Of a stretch of DNA of 64,000 bases, positions 25,430 through 39,490 are shown piece by piece. Within the stretch, counting starts at the first letter, position 1. The number at the start of each line of letters is the position of its first letter. Under the pieces are notes generated by a model that was not told where the DNA came from, did no database searches, and saw only the letters and a list, made by a program, of their open reading frames with translations. This DNA is from Camelus ferus (taxonomy: Eukaryota). The DNA lies in NCBI RefSeq assembly GCF_009834535.1, contig NC_045696.1, positions 52,206,001-52,270,000 on the forward strand, written 5' to 3'. The position numbers were made by a program, and so were the translations under genes.

Positions 25430-25750
25430 AACCTCTACACTTTTGGACAAGCTACTTCCTCTTCCTACAATATCCTTAATACTTCTACCTCTAGCTAACT
25501 TCAATTCACCTTTCCAATGCCATCTTAGCCATTATATCCTACAGGAAGCCTTCTGTGGCTTGGGTTAAGTGCCTCCATACCTCTCTGTAGTAACTTGTGT
25601 CTATGGCAATTAGGATACAGTATCGCACATGTCCAATGACCTGCCTGTCTCCCCCTCTATGCCATATGTTCTTTGAGGACAAAGAATATTTGGTGATTAC
25701 TTTTATATCTCCAGCATCTAGACAAATAGGAGGTATTGATAAAATGTAGT
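25430..25750 (+). mobile_element. L2 LINE relic
   Basis: L2-like CAGGAAGCCTTCT...CTGTCTCCCCCTCTATGCC...TTTGAGGACAAAGA...ATCTCCAGCATCTAG. Confidence 0.6.
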
Positions 25751-26989
25751 ATATTTCAGAATATAAGGCAAACTGTTTTCTCAGCATTATTTCTCAGAAG
25801 AGAGGCTCCATTTACCAGGCACACATCCAATTACTTATTTTAAACAACAAAGTAGTATTTAGGAAAGCTGTATTATCTAGAAATAACCTCAGTCATTATT
25901 GGTCTGGATGGTCTTACCAGTCATTCTGACAGAACACTTTAAAATGGAGGCAGAAAGTTTTGATACAAGTTTAATATTTCTTCCTGGCAATTTTACTCAA
26001 AACTTGCAAGTATTAGATACCAATGTAAATAAGTTTTTCAAAGATCATTTAGAAAAGCTAAAAAAAAAAGTATATAGTTACATCATAGAGGTCAAAAATA
26101 AATACTTAAGGGACAAGTGTTAAAAATAATCTCCTACTGTTACAAAAACAGTATTTGTGTCTTGTAATAAAATTTTAGGTGACAGTATTCTACTTGGATT
26201 TAAAACATGCTATAACTGAAATAACAGATAAAATTGAACATTATGTGCTTCAGAAAACTTTGAAAAAGATACTAATTTTAAAAATTTATGTGAAAAATAT
26301 GAATAAAACTAGTTCATAAAATTAGGATTCAAAAATAATATTAGTAATTTAAATATTTTATGTGACATTTTAATGATACATATGTTACTAAATTAGCAAG
26401 TTAAATAAGTAATTGGATTTTCTATTGAATCCAAAGCTCTCCCCCAAAGTAGGTGATAAAGTAGGGAATCTACGGACTTATAATCAGAGTTATCTTATTT
26501 CGGGGCATGTATGGAATTTGATAAATGCATGATTATATGAGGGAGTGAATGAATTAAGCTCTCTTCCATCTACTCTTAGAAACCAAAACTATTATTACAC
26601 TTTTATGTAAAAACAATTTATAAAACATTTTACAAGTTAAAATAACTTGGTAATATGTGCATTCATAGATTGATCCTCTGAATCTCCTAGTGGTTTCTGA
26701 TTTTTATTTCACCTTCTATAATATATGCCATAAATAGTAAAGGATATTTAATCTTATAAATACAGGCTAGTTGGCATGTAACTTAGACAACTTTTTGACA
26801 AAATTTTTTATGTACAGATGCCAGTTCTGATCAATAGGTCATTTGATATGAACCTATGGCTAGAATATCACTGTAGTTTTAGCTACAGAAAAGAGTAACA
26901 ATAAAACAAAAGCTACTGCAAAACTCAATTAGAACCACAGAAAGCAAAACTCAACCCAGAATCATAGGAAAACAACATTATAAAATGCT

Positions 26990-27490
26990 AATTTTTAATT
27001 CCTTTAAGAAGTGCTAGACATTTTTCTGGAAGGCTGTTTAATAGCTTGTAAATCAGTTTGGTCCTTTTGAGTCTTAAGCTCTGTAAGGAAAGGTCTAGAG
27101 TGGCCTCACTCAAGAGCTTGTTAAGCCCTACTAAAAAGGGTGATGCTTCTGGGATCTCATTCCCCAGGCTATTAACAAGGTCTCTCAAATTTGGCTGAAC
27201 AAAACTCAGACACCTCCAACCCTAGCATAAGCTCTTGGAGTGGTTCATCTTTCAGTCCTCTGTATTTTGTGCAACCTCCTAGAAGTTTACCCAAGGTACA
27301 TACAGTTTAGTATTCAGCAGCATCTTCAAGGTAGTGCCTCATAGCTCTCACTCCTCCAGTACTCTATCCCTAATTCCACTTCCTAAGACTCTCCAAACTT
27401 TAATTTCTGCCTTCTCAACTCAGTGTAATCACTGTACCTTTTTTAGGTTTCCCTTCTCTGCATCATGGTCAAGAAAGTATACCCAGACAC
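26990..27490 (-). mobile_element. Old L1 (L1MC/MD-like) 5' region fragment
   Basis: CTCCTCCAGTACTCTATCCC...TTCTCAACTCAG...GGTTTCCCTTCTCTGCATCATGG resembles the reverse of old L1M 5' ends (from memory). Confidence 0.4.
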
Positions 27491-27869
27491 AAAACATAAT
27501 TCTTTCAGTGCAACAGAACACAGCATTAGTTCTTAAAATATCTGCCTCTTCCTCTTGTCTCATACAAATTTCAAGGTTTATTTTCAAGAACCATGTCTTT
27601 CATGTGGTACCTGTTTATGTTGTTTGTACTATTTTGAAACAAAAATTAAACTTCTTCCTACTAAAGTCTATATTTGAATAATCTAGAAATTTTATTACAA
27701 TTCCTTATCATCTCATCCAAATTACTAATATATAGAATAACACTGATGACAACAACGTCAAAGACATCACTTAATATTTTCTTCTAGGCATACCTATGTT
27801 CTAGCCATACTTAATTGTGTATCATTACCAAACAACTTTCTCTTAACACCCATTTTCTTAATTCCATTT

Positions 27870-28030
27870 CTTAAGAGTACAGACTCTGGGGTAAACTGCT
27901 TAAGTTCAAATCCTGACTCTAAAAGTTTATAGAGCAACTTATACTTAAACTGCTTGTACCTTAGTGTTATTATTTTTAAAATAGAGATAATAATGCAGAA
28001 TCTATCTCAAAAGGATTGTTTTGAGGAATA
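27870..28030 (+). mobile_element. MIR SINE relic
   Basis: TTAAGAGTACAGACTCTGG...GTTCAAATCCTGACTCT...AAAATAGAGATAATAAT...GGATTGTTTTGAGGA. Confidence 0.65.
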
Positions 28031-28584
28031 TACAGTCAACAAATGTGAGCTAATGTATTGCTTGTAAAACTTTTCCCTATTTCTTTATATAGATATCTTA
28101 TTCATAATTCAAGGTCTGGTTAAAAATGCACCTCTATAGGAATTATTTCTCTTATATCCAAGCTGAAAGTGTGTTTTCTTAAGTAGCTCATTAATAAATA
28201 TTTGTGAAAAACAAGCAAACAAAATCAAGCATGACTTTCTAAAATTTTTTTTCAAATAATAAACCTACTGCCATTATATTGCAAATCCTTTGCTTACATC
28301 AAGATACATATGCTTGCAACATTTTCTTATCTAAGACCTAGTTTACATTATCAAAAAGAAAAATGAGATTAGTATGACATGACTTGCTCTTGGTGAAATA
28401 ATGATATGGCTCTTAAAAATAAAACCTTGGTTTCTACATGCTCACAAATAACCTATTCAATAGTTCATTTCAGAATTTTGCTGGAGATAAACAAAATTAA
28501 CTCTGTAGATTACAGAATTCATCTTTAATATTTTATACCTTCCAACTCTTCAAATGTGATCATATCTGGAGGTTGTGAATTTAA

Positions 28585-28900
28585 GTGGAAAAGCATAGGT
28601 TTCAGAGCAAAAGTCCTTAAGTTTGGATTCCAGGTGCTTTGATGGACAGTTCTATGGCTTGAAAAACATTTAATTTCAGTTAACACATCTATAAATGGAG
28701 ATAACAGCATCTTCGGTATAGTGCATATTAAATGAGTTTTAATAAAGGTCTGACCTAGTACCTACTATTCAAAATTCTTTAGTTGCTTACTTTTCTGTTT
28801 CCTCATCTATAAAATGGGAATAATCATTCCCCCTTACTTCTTAGGATCACCGTAAGGATCTAGTGAAATATATATATTGACAATGCTCTGAAAAACACAC
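28585..28900 (+). mobile_element. Two adjacent MIR relics
   Basis: CATCTATAAATGGAGATAACAG and TTTCCTCATCTATAAAATGGGAATAAT core motifs. Confidence 0.6.
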
Positions 28901-30869
28901 ATTATATAAATGGGCAGGATTTTTTTTTTCAAAAATAGGGATATTATCATTCTGGAAAAAAACCACCAAACTCTGTGAGATTTGATTTTAAATTCATCTA
29001 AATGGTCTCTTACTAACCAGTTCAGTCATTGATTTCCATTCCCTTGTTCCAATTTTATTCCTCTTAGCAGAGAAAAAAAATCAATGTTTGTCATGTCTTC
29101 CTCCTTTGTATCACCTCCTAACATTATGTCATATTCTTCCAAGTAATGGCCCTATCTATTCAGTATGAGTGACTTTATCACAGTCCTTCTCAAATCTTGT
29201 GATTCTAAAAGACTAAATTATAATGTTACTGGATATACAGAAAAGAGAGATGAAAAATTTTAGAGCAGATTTTCACAGATAATGGAAAGAAATATTCATT
29301 GAGATCTCCTAAAAATCAATAATTATTATAAAGGAGAAAGGTCAATTATTTTATGATGGAAATATTTTAGTGGAGCTATGTCTAAGTATATACTGAATTT
29401 TCTTTCAGGTCATAAACAGTCTTTTCTACCAACCACTTCACAAAAACTAAATAATATGCACTCTATGCCATAGAAAGAAAATATAAAAACATATATTACC
29501 ATGTCTATTAATTGACCAGAAAGTATTTTCTCACCCTGAGCTTAGACTGACCATAATACAGAATCTGTCATTAAGTGTTCAGTTCACACACATACACTCC
29601 AAACTGGTCCAACAACTTCTATTATGCCAGTTACCAGCATTGCCAGCCCCTTTGCCCTTCACTGCCTGGAGAACGTCCATCAGAAACAGAGAAGCCGAGC
29701 AAGCTGCCACAATGCACCATTGATGTTTGAGCAAGGCTGCCCAAGCAGCTGCAACAACAGGGCAACTCTTCAAAGTGTCAGCATTGAAACTTAGAATTCT
29801 CCCTCCCATACAACTATCAATGAAAACCTTTATAAGCTACAATCAATTATAAAATAAGTCGCTGAGACAAATCATGTTCTTTCTTCATTTCTCCTCTCTT
29901 CTTTCTCCTTTCAACACCAAATGTCCTTGGTTTAAAAAAAAAATTCAAGGAGAAATTCCCTTCTTTTCTACCTCGATCTCTGTCTCTGCCTCTCTTATGT
30001 TCTAAAAATTCTCTCAAGGAGGTTTAAGGATGTCTGCTGAACACTTTTGTTTACAAAGACATGTTCTGGGTTTTTGTTTGTTTGTTTGTTGTTAGGTTCT
30101 GTTGGAGTTTCTTATTTAAAAACTTCAAAAGGCACTTGATATTTTGAGCACACTCATACGGGAATTTTTGGCAAAGCATGTTTTTGATTATTGAAAGATA
30201 ATCTAAATTCTGAAGTGCGTGCACTGAATCACATAACCTCCATATTTTTGTAAACCACAACAAAAGTGGTTTTACATTAACTGTAGATGAATAGGTAATG
30301 AGTCAGTGAACAGTTAAAAGCATTCCACAAGAATGCATGAACTAGCCATGTGAAGTTTTTAATAGAAAAAAAAAATCCTAAGTATTTAGACATTACTTGG
30401 AATGAAGGAAAGCTATTCTTTGTTTAACAAATGAGCTGTTTAATTTGTCTTAGGTAATTACCTACCAAATCAAATGAAATTTTACTTTTGTTTTTTTCTA
30501 TCTCTCCTTATCTATCAGTAGTTAATGACTTTCTTCTATTTGGAACACATAACTGAAACATAAGAATTGTGACAACTTTTAGATTTAACTCCATAGCTTT
30601 TACATGGTAACATACCTTATCAGAAAAAGAGGAAAACCCTCTAAATAATACTTATTCTCAAAAGACAGAATTGTCTAAATTTCAGCAATGCCAAGGTATA
30701 AACTATTTAATTCCCCCAGATAACTAGCATAATGTACACTTCATCTAGAGTTACTCTTCTACCTGAAAAATCAAAATCTAAAATACTGTTAAATTTTTAA
30801 ATAAGTTGAATAGTATCACAATATTAAAAAAAAAAACAAAACCAGCAGTCCATATTCCAATTTTTGAGA

Positions 30870-32510
30870 CCCCTTGCCAAAGTTATTTCTAGTGTTTAAT
30901 CTCTTTATCTCTAAGTAATATGTTTATATTCTTATTTTTTTATTTGTAAACTATAGACATAATCTATTAATTTCCTATCCTGGAAGATAAAATCTTAGCT
31001 CCCTTATACCACATATTTCCCTTCCTTTCATATTCCCAGTATTCAGTCAACTAGTACATTTTTAATACATTTCCTTCCTTAAGTAGTAGATTTTCCCTTC
31101 TAGAGTGAATATTGCCACTTGCCCACTCATTCCCAAGCTCTGCAATAGAAATGTAAAACCTCTCTGAACATAGTTCACACCCTTAACTATGAAGCAGTCT
31201 ATCAATTCCAACTCTTCCTTCTGAATACATCCCTTTCTGGAGTTTTCTATCTTTCTGCTCAACTAAGGACAGATTATTCTTAAGATCAATGCACAGTTGT
31301 TGTCCAGGAACTTCCCTTCACCTTTCTCATCTCATTCTCAGCACTTATTTCCTGAATCCTCTGCCTCTCTTTCTCCTCAGCTTCTCCTCATTTGGATGTA
31401 GCACAGCCTCCAAAAGATTCCTGAGAAAGCAACCATAGAGGGTAAATTTTGAGGATCATGCATCTAAAAAATGTATTTTTTTTTACCCTCACATCTAATT
31501 AATAGTTTGACTGGGTACAAAATTACAAGTTCAAAGTAACTTTCCCTCAGAACTTTGAAGACACATCTTCTAGCTTTGAATGTTGACATTAAGAAATCAG
31601 ATACCATCCTTATATTTCCTCTCCAGAAACTCTTATCATCATCCATATTGGTAGTCTTACATTTTTTTTTCAGTTTTATTGAGAAATAAATGGCATACAT
31701 TGCAGTGTAAGTTTAAGGCCTACAGCATGATGGTATGATTTACATATATTGTAAATGGTTATGGCAACAGGTTCAGCTATCATTCATCATCTCACATAGA
31801 TAAAATTAAAAGAAAAAAAAGAAAAAGTATTTTCTGCTTTACATTTTTTATGGGCACCCAGAAGACCTTTTCAAAGTAGAAACTCATGCCTTTCAGTTTT
31901 GAAAAAGTTTATAATATAATTTGAGGCTAATCTCTTCCTTATCATTTTCTTTGCTCTCCCATGTTTTCTGAAACTGCTATTAATCAGATTTTTGGCTTGT
32001 TAGACTGTCTGATTTTTTTCTCTCCTACTTTCCATTTATCTGACTTTTTGCTCTATTTTCAGGAAATTTTCAATCCTACTGAAGTTGTTTCAGCTATTAT
32101 AAGCACTTATTCTCTGATTATTCCTTTTTTTTATATCACCCTCCCATCTTTCATGGAAGTGCTATCTTCTCCTATCTCTCTGAGGATATTAATTATAATA
32201 CATTTTTACTTCAGCTATTGTCTTCTACAGGAAGTACTTCCTTCAATCCTTGAGCCAGTTCTGGAGCATGAACTGGCTTGCTTTCTCCTTGGCACAACAC
32301 TCTCCAGGCACTTGTATTTAGCTTTCCCAGTTCTGCTAATTCCTTCATCCACTTTACATCTTCCAAAAATTGTATGTCTTTGATATGTTGCTTCCTCTTC
32401 CCTTTGCTTTTGGATTCATATATTGTTTTAGTCTTTTACTCACACTTTTAGTCCCTTACTAGGAAAGAACAAGGGAAAACATGTGTTCAATCACCAGGTT
32501 TAACTAGAAT
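30870..32510 (-). mobile_element. Ancient ORF1-bearing LINE relic (HAL1 / L1ME-like)
   Basis: Minus ORF 31464-31700 contains IRMVSDFLMSTFKARR..VFKVLRE..ILYPVKLLIRCEG, homologous to the ORF1p CTD (IRLSADFSTQTLQARKEW..ILYPARLSFRIEG). No ORF2 is evident downstream. Confidence 0.65.
31661..31835 (-). mobile_element. Short L1 3' end nested in the HAL1-like relic
   Basis: Poly-T then CAGTTTTATTGAGA...CATCATCTCACATAGATA, the reverse complement of 37300-37440. Flanked by TTACATTTTTT-like repeats near 31657 and 31839. Confidence 0.75.
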
Positions 32511-32584
32511 TCTGTTAAAGTTTCTAAGATGTTAATCCTACAGGTATAATTATGCCACTTATAGGGTTATAAAATCTTAGGGGT

Positions 32585-32745
32585 TTTACTGTTAAAAGGC
32601 TTCTTAGAGATCATCTGATTCAATCCTCTTACTTTAGAAGTGAGAAAAATGGAAACTCAAAAAGTTAAGAGGTTTATGCAAGGTTATTTAACTAGTAATT
32701 CATACAGTTGGTACTTGAACTTGCATTCATTACCATACTGCCTCC
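32585..32745 (-). mobile_element. MIR relic
   Basis: CTTAGAGATCATCTGATTCAATCCTCTTACTTTAGAAGTGAGAAAAATGG...CAAGGTTA. Confidence 0.6.
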
Positions 32746-33089
32746 TCATATAGATAGCTCTTTAAAGTTCCTACCCTCCAAGGACTCCCAGACACATCAT
32801 AAAGCTAAAACATTTGAATAAGGCAGTCTAACTTTTGGTTAACAAAATGGAGGAAAGCTGCCATTATAGAAAACTGAGAAAAAAGACTCCAAGAATAAAT
32901 ATGATTCCAAACTTTCTATTTTCCACCAAAACTCCTAATCAATACCCTCCCATGAAACTCACTCTCCTTAGCCTACTTCAACATGCCAGGCTCACCCTAA
33001 GTTTTACTCCTTCAGGTCACAGGATCACATCATATTTCCTCCAAGCAAAGTAGATTGATGTTTGAAGTCAACTGAGTTATTTATATCCT

Positions 33090-33620
33090 TCTTTATCTCC
33101 AACCTTCACACTCTCCCTGACATCAGCCTGACTTGCTTCTCCTAAAATAAACTTTTCCTCCATGAATAGCACCATCCAGGTACTCAAGCAAAACACTTGA
33201 GAGTCATCCTAAACTTCTTTTTCCTTAACAGCAACCAACCTCCACCCTTCCATCGAGATAGTCCCCAAATTTTATCAACTCTATCTCCTAAAAATCTTGT
33301 GCATCCAGCTTTCTTGATGTTCCTCACAGATTCACAGCTACTATTTTAATTCAGGCCTTCATCATACTTCATCCTGATCACCATTAACTGTCTGCTAACT
33401 GGGCTCACAGACTCTAGTCTCTTCTCTTTACAACCTTTCTTCTACACTCAGTTGCTCAAATGTTTTTTCTCAACAGAACTAAGGAGCCGTTTCCTTACAT
33501 AAAACCCTTTGGTGGATTCCACCTCCTTTCTAGATCTTTAGCATGGCATAGACAAGGTACTTCATTGGTAGCACCTGTGTATCTCTCCATCTTCATCTCC
33601 AGAGGCTCCTAAACTTGCAC
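33090..33620 (+). mobile_element. L2 LINE relic
   Basis: ATGAATAGCACCATCCAG...AAAACACTTGAGAGTCATCCT...TTCAGGCCTTCATCAT...AAAACCCTTTGGTGGATTCC. Confidence 0.7.
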
Positions 33621-34044
33621 TCTTTTGAATTAGAAACCAGGTAGAAATCAAGAGGCTTCTTTTGGGTTTTCAATTTACATTGGATTTTCACTACCAACTG
33701 ACAATTGCCCTTTCCCGTCTCTTCTCTCAAATAAAGAAAGAATCAGATTAAAGGGAAGAGGGTGATGTGATTAAAAACCAGTATTAACTCTATAAAAAGT
33801 TTTTAATAAAATTTGGCTTACCAAAATACTTCATATTTATATTTATAATATTTTATGTTATCTTTTGTGTATTACAGTCCATCTAAAGGTATTGGTAGTA
33901 CATTAAATTCAGCATCCAGAACACTGAAGACATAAATTAAATATCTGATCATAACAATAGCAGTCAGATCTTTGGGCTTGAAATAATAAAGGGATCAACA
34001 CATTTTTATAGTAAAGGCCAAATCTAAGAATTTTTTTATACAAT

Positions 34045-34170
34045 AGCCACTAGACTACAAATTTTAGTAGTCAGAGGCCATGTCTTAATCATCTCTGTAT
34101 TCTCTACTGTGTCAAATACAAACCCCAACATAATAGGTGCCTAGTGAATGAATGAATGAATGAATGATTA
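34045..34170 (+). mobile_element. L2 3' end
   Basis: CACTAGACT...CATGTCTTAATCATCTCTGTATTCTC...TAGGTGC followed by a (TGAA)n tail. Confidence 0.7.
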
Positions 34171-34811
34171 AATGAAATTATAGATAACACCAGGTCAAAA
34201 AACTAAAGCAGCAATAACTTATGTACTATTTGATAAACCAGATAATTCAATGAAATTTATTATTATAGCTGATCAACTTAGTCAAAATGTCATAAATACA
34301 TATTTTTAAAAAGCATGTGTGTGTGTGTGTGTATGTGTATATATATATATATCCAGCAGATTTTTGTACAGAACATCAATTTGATCTTCATTTGAGCATC
34401 TACTAAGTCATTCAATGGATAACATAACAAAAATTTTCAATATAACAAAAAATACACTATTTGAAAAACAAGTAAAATAGATACTTCTGTTGTTATTATT
34501 ATCTTTAGATTGTCCCCTACACATCTCATCAAACGGAGAAATTAGAACTTTCTTAGCTAGAACTTTGATCAAATTACTGACTTTCAAATTGTAATGCTAT
34601 CCAAACTGGCTTCTAAACCAAATGGAAACAGCATCATTGAGCACTAACATACACCTTACTGTACATTTCTTCTACATGACAACCTCATGTTCCATGATAC
34701 TCCGAAGACTATTAGGCACTAAAGTCACCTTACTTGCCTGAAGTTTAGCATTGCATCCCAGGCCAGCTACAGAAACACCTTAATCCACCACCTAAAATTT
34801 CAGATATCAAG

Positions 34812-37481
34812 GGGCTGCACCAGTGGGGACCCTGGGCCCCTGAGCCAGCTGTGCTGTGACCTGGCTTCATCCACCTGTGGCAGGTAGCCTCAGTAAGAGG
34901 CAGAGCCTGGCAGCCAAACAGGCTAGGGGCAAGTCCTGCCTACCAGTGCAACCACAGTAGTTGGTCTCATCACAAGAGAATGGCCCACTCAGCCCACATT
35001 GGGGTACCCTTAAATCATAGAGCCCTGGTGACCAGAAGGGAGTGTGCTGCTGGGCCTCAAAGGATGTCTCCTCCAAAAGCCCACTTCTCCAAGATTGAGA
35101 ACTGTAACTGACTTACCTAATACATAAAAATAAACAGAGAATTAAGCAAAATGAGGAGATAGAGGAATATGTTTCAAACAAAGGAAAAAGATAAAACCCC
35201 AGAAGAAATAACTAAGCAAAGTAAGTAGAGATAAGCAATCTATCTGATAAAGAATTCAAGGTAATGATCTTAAAGATGCTCAAGAACTCTGGAGAAGAAT
35301 GGATAAACACAGTAGAAAAATGAATAAACACAGTGGAACAAAGAGTTACAAAATACAAAGAAGTACCAAACAGAGCTGAAGAATAAAATAAATGAAATAC
35401 AAAATATACTAGAAGGAATCAGCTGTAGATTAGATGATAAAGAGGAATGAATCAGCAAACTGAAAGACAGAGTAGTGAAAAATCACCCAAGCCAAACAGA
35501 AAAAAATTAAAAAGAATTAAAAAAAAATAGACAGTCTAAGAGACCTCTGAGACAACATCAAGCATACTAAACAATGGCATTATAAGGGTCCCAGAAGGAG
35601 AAGAGAAAAATAACGGCAGAGAACCTATTTGAAACAATAGTAGCTGAAAAATTCCGTAACCTAGGAAAGAAAACAGAAATCTAGGTCCAGGAAGCCCACA
35701 GAGTTCTAAACAAGATCAAACCAAACAGATTCACACCAAGACACACTGTAATTAAAATGGTAAAAATTAAAGACAGAGAATATTAAAAGCAGCAAGAGAA
35801 AAGCAAGTAGTTCTATACAAAGGAACTCCCATAGGACTGTCAGCTGACTTTCCAGCAGAAACTTTACAAGCCAGAAGGGAGTGGTACATTATATTTAAAG
35901 TGATGAAAAAAAAATAATTAGTGAAGTGATGAATACTCTACTCTGCATGGTTATCATTCAAATTTCAGGGAGAGATAAAGAGTTTTACAGATAAGCAATA
36001 GTTGTGAGTTCAGCACCACTAAACCATCTTAACAAGAAATATTAAAGAGACTTCTCTAAGTGGAAAAGAAAAGGCCACAACTGAAAATATGAAAATTATG
36101 AAAGGACAAATCTCACTGGTAAAGGCAAACATACAATAATTGTAGTATATCAACCATTTATAAAGCTGGCAGGAAGGTTAAAAGACTAAAATAATAAAAT
36201 CACCTATATCCACAATAAGTAGCTAAAGGATACACAAAACAAAAAGATGTAAACTATGATGTCAAAAACATTAAATGTGGGAAGGGGATTAAAAATGCGT
36301 TTGAACTTAATAGATTATCAACTTAAAATAATCATATATATTGTTATTCACATAACCACAAGCCAAAAATCTGTAATAGATACACAGATAAAGAAGAGAA
36401 AGGAACCCAAACATAACACTAAAGATAGTCATCAAATCACAAGGGAAGAAAGCAAAAGAAGAAAGTGACAAAAAAGAATTACAAAAACAATCAGAAAACA
36501 ACTAACGAAATATCAGTAAGTACATACCTATTAATAATTACTTTAAATGTAAATGAACTAAATGCTCCAATCAAAAGATGTAGAGTGGCTGAATATTAAG
36601 CCATTAAAAAATGAAATCCTGCCATTTGTGACAACATGGATGGACCTAGGGTGTATTATGCTAAGTGAAATAAGTCAGAGAAAGACAAATACTGTATGAT
36701 TTCACTTATGTGTGGAATCTAAAAAACAAAACAAATATATAAACATAACAGAACAGAAACAGAGTCACAGATACAAAGAACAAACAGGTGGTTGCCAGAG
36801 ACGGAGGGGTAAGGGGGGAGGAAAGAAATAGGTGAGGGAGATTAAGAGGTACAAACTTCCAGTTACAAAATAAATGAGTCATGGGGATGAAATGTACAGC
36901 ATGGGGAATATAGTCAATAATAATGTAGTATTTTTCAATGGTGACAGATGGTAACTAGACTAATCACAGTGATCATTTTGTAATGTATAGAAATATCAAA
37001 TTACTATATCGTGTGCCAAGAAGTAATGTAGGGTTGTAGATCAATTACACTTCCTAAATAAATAAGTAAATAAACTTGCAGAAAAAGAGATCAAATTTGT
37101 AGTTATCAAAGGTGGGGGGTGGTGGGAGCAGAACTGGATGTAGGTGGTCAAAAGGTATAAACTAGCAGTTACAAGATAAGTAAGTACTAGGGATGTAATA
37201 TACATAAAACATGATTGAAATAAATAACACTGCTGTATATTATGTATGAAAGTTGTTAAGAGAGTAAATACTGAGTTCTCATCACAGGGAATAATTTTTT
37301 TCTTTTGTATCTGTATGAGATGATGGATGTTTGCTAAATTTATTATGGTGTTCATTTCAAGATGTATGTAAGTCATATATTGTGCTGTATACCTTACACA
37401 TATACAATGCTGAATGTCACTTATATCTCAATAAAACTGGGGAAAAATAAAATTAAATAAAATGAAATAAAACAAAATAAA
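34812..37481 (+). mobile_element. Older L1 with partial 5'UTR, degenerate ORF1, spacer, almost all of ORF2 deleted, and a long 3'UTR
   Basis: The 5'UTR and ORF1 start are homologous to 17320-17650; ORF1 relic at 35151-36059. The ORF2 start (AATGTAAATGAACTAAATGCTCCAATCAAAAG) is fused at about 36594 to the ORF2 end (GCCATTAAAAAATGAAATCCTGCCATTTG). AATAAA at about 37430 is followed by an A-rich tail. Confidence 0.92.
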
Positions 37482-39349
37482 ATATTAAGGGACAGCCTCA
37501 GGGATATAGTCAAAGACAGAGCACTCTGAACATATCCAAACTAAGATCGGCTCTTTTCTATTACTAGAAAGGTGCTTAGCAAGGGGTTCTACATATCACG
37601 TTGAGTAACAGGAATTTCATATGAAAAAGAAATTCTCTTGAATCCTGCCTCCTTAAAAATATCCTGCATAACAAAAGGATATAATGGGTAGATCTTCACT
37701 AGGTAGACGTCTGAAAGCTTAGGCTATTGTACATCAGTATAAAAACTGCTATTTTCTGGGGTACTACCAAGTTTTTATAAATTCCACTGTTGTCCTCAAT
37801 CAAAATAACTAAGGAAATGGTGTAGCTAAAGAAAAAAAATGGGTGAAATTTAAATCAATGAACTGAGGAATAAAAGCATAGGTTAGAAAGAGGGATACAT
37901 GGTAACAAATGCTGACATACTGAAAAGCAAAGAAAAAAATGTGAAGACACATCTGAGGGCAAAAGGCTGAGGACAGCCAAAACTGATAGGACATAAAGTG
38001 ACTGAAATAAAAGCACAGGAAAGACAGAGTAGAGGAGAAATTTGAATAATATTAATGGGTAGGAAAATGTATGTTGTATGAGCTGAAGTAATCCCAATGC
38101 TATAATGAGCCATGAAGTAGAAAGGCAATATTTCTTCTATCTAAAAGTTTTATGGCAACCAAGGATGGACTACAATATGAAAAACGAATAGACCTGAATT
38201 CCATGATAGGCATAGAAAGTGACCAATGGTGATACTTGTACTGTTTAAGGACAGAAGAGGGTACTTAGTAACTTTAGACTGTACCATTTAATTTTTTTTC
38301 AGCTTTGGAAAATGTCTTAAATTCCACTTTGCTACCTATTTGCTTTAGTTTTTTAAATTGTGGACTGGACATGCCATGCAAGTAATCTACAGGAGATGAA
38401 TAACATCACTTATTCGAATAACAGTAATAATAAAGAACTAGTTGACAGTGCATTCATTCCCACGCCTCTGGCACTGAATCAACCATTATAACACCCAAGC
38501 CCAGGAGGAAACTATCAGCAGTGTTGGTATCATCTCTGACCCTGGAGTTTGAACCTCTTTTCTATGAGGAGCACATTATTAGGTAAGACAACAGGATGTA
38601 AAATGATATGAAAATGTGTAGGCCAACATTCAGAAAGAAAGAAGGTAAAGATTTAATTCTCTTCCAAAAAGCAGTTTCTAAATGTGGATTCAGTAATAAA
38701 CACCTGTAACCTACCAGTGAGCAGAAGCGTTAGAAACTGAAGGCATACAGTACAATGCTTACCCTTACAATCGGTATTTGACTACCTCATAAATGATTTG
38801 AGTTTAGCTACCAGGGTTTTTGTTTGTTTGTTTTGTTTTGTTTTGAAGTCAAGATTTTTTTTTCTTTTCCTTTGTTTGTTCTCTATTTACAATTGTGAGA
38901 GAACTACGTAGAGAAACATCTTGGTTCAATGTGGGCAGGTGCTTGTCAGCTTTCCACACAACATCAATACACCTCAAACTCTCCACATCTCAATCCTTTG
39001 GATAGTCTTTAGCTGAGACTACACCTAGCCCTTTTACTTATGTCTTATGTACAATTTCAGGTCTCAGCATTTTCTGAGAACAGGTAGTTACAGTCAAACT
39101 TCCTCTTCTCATAAATCCTGAAGAAAAAAAAAGGCGGGGTAGGGGTAGGAAATGGATAGTTGCACTGCCAATCCAAACAGAACTATTATGTTTTGCTACT
39201 AAAATATTCCAATAGCTGGCAGCAGTGATCTAGAAGACTGTGTTTTTAATATGTATACACAAGCCTTTCAGCAGATTAAACTCAAATGAGGAGAAGGAGG
39301 TGGAGGAAGAGGTGGAGGAAGGGGAGGACAATTTTGTTAATGATGATGA

Positions 39350-39490
39350 TGATGATAGCTACCATTTTTAGTACTTGTGCTGTGCATGTATTATCACATT
39401 TAATCTTCATGAACTCAAAAAGATCCTTGTTAGGTAAAACTGTTTTTATCCTCATTTTATACAGAATAATGAGACATAGAAAGCAGTTGT
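39350..39490 (-). mobile_element. MIR relic
   Basis: CATTTAATCTTCA...TTATCCTCATTTTATACAGAATAATGAGACATAGA. Confidence 0.6.
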
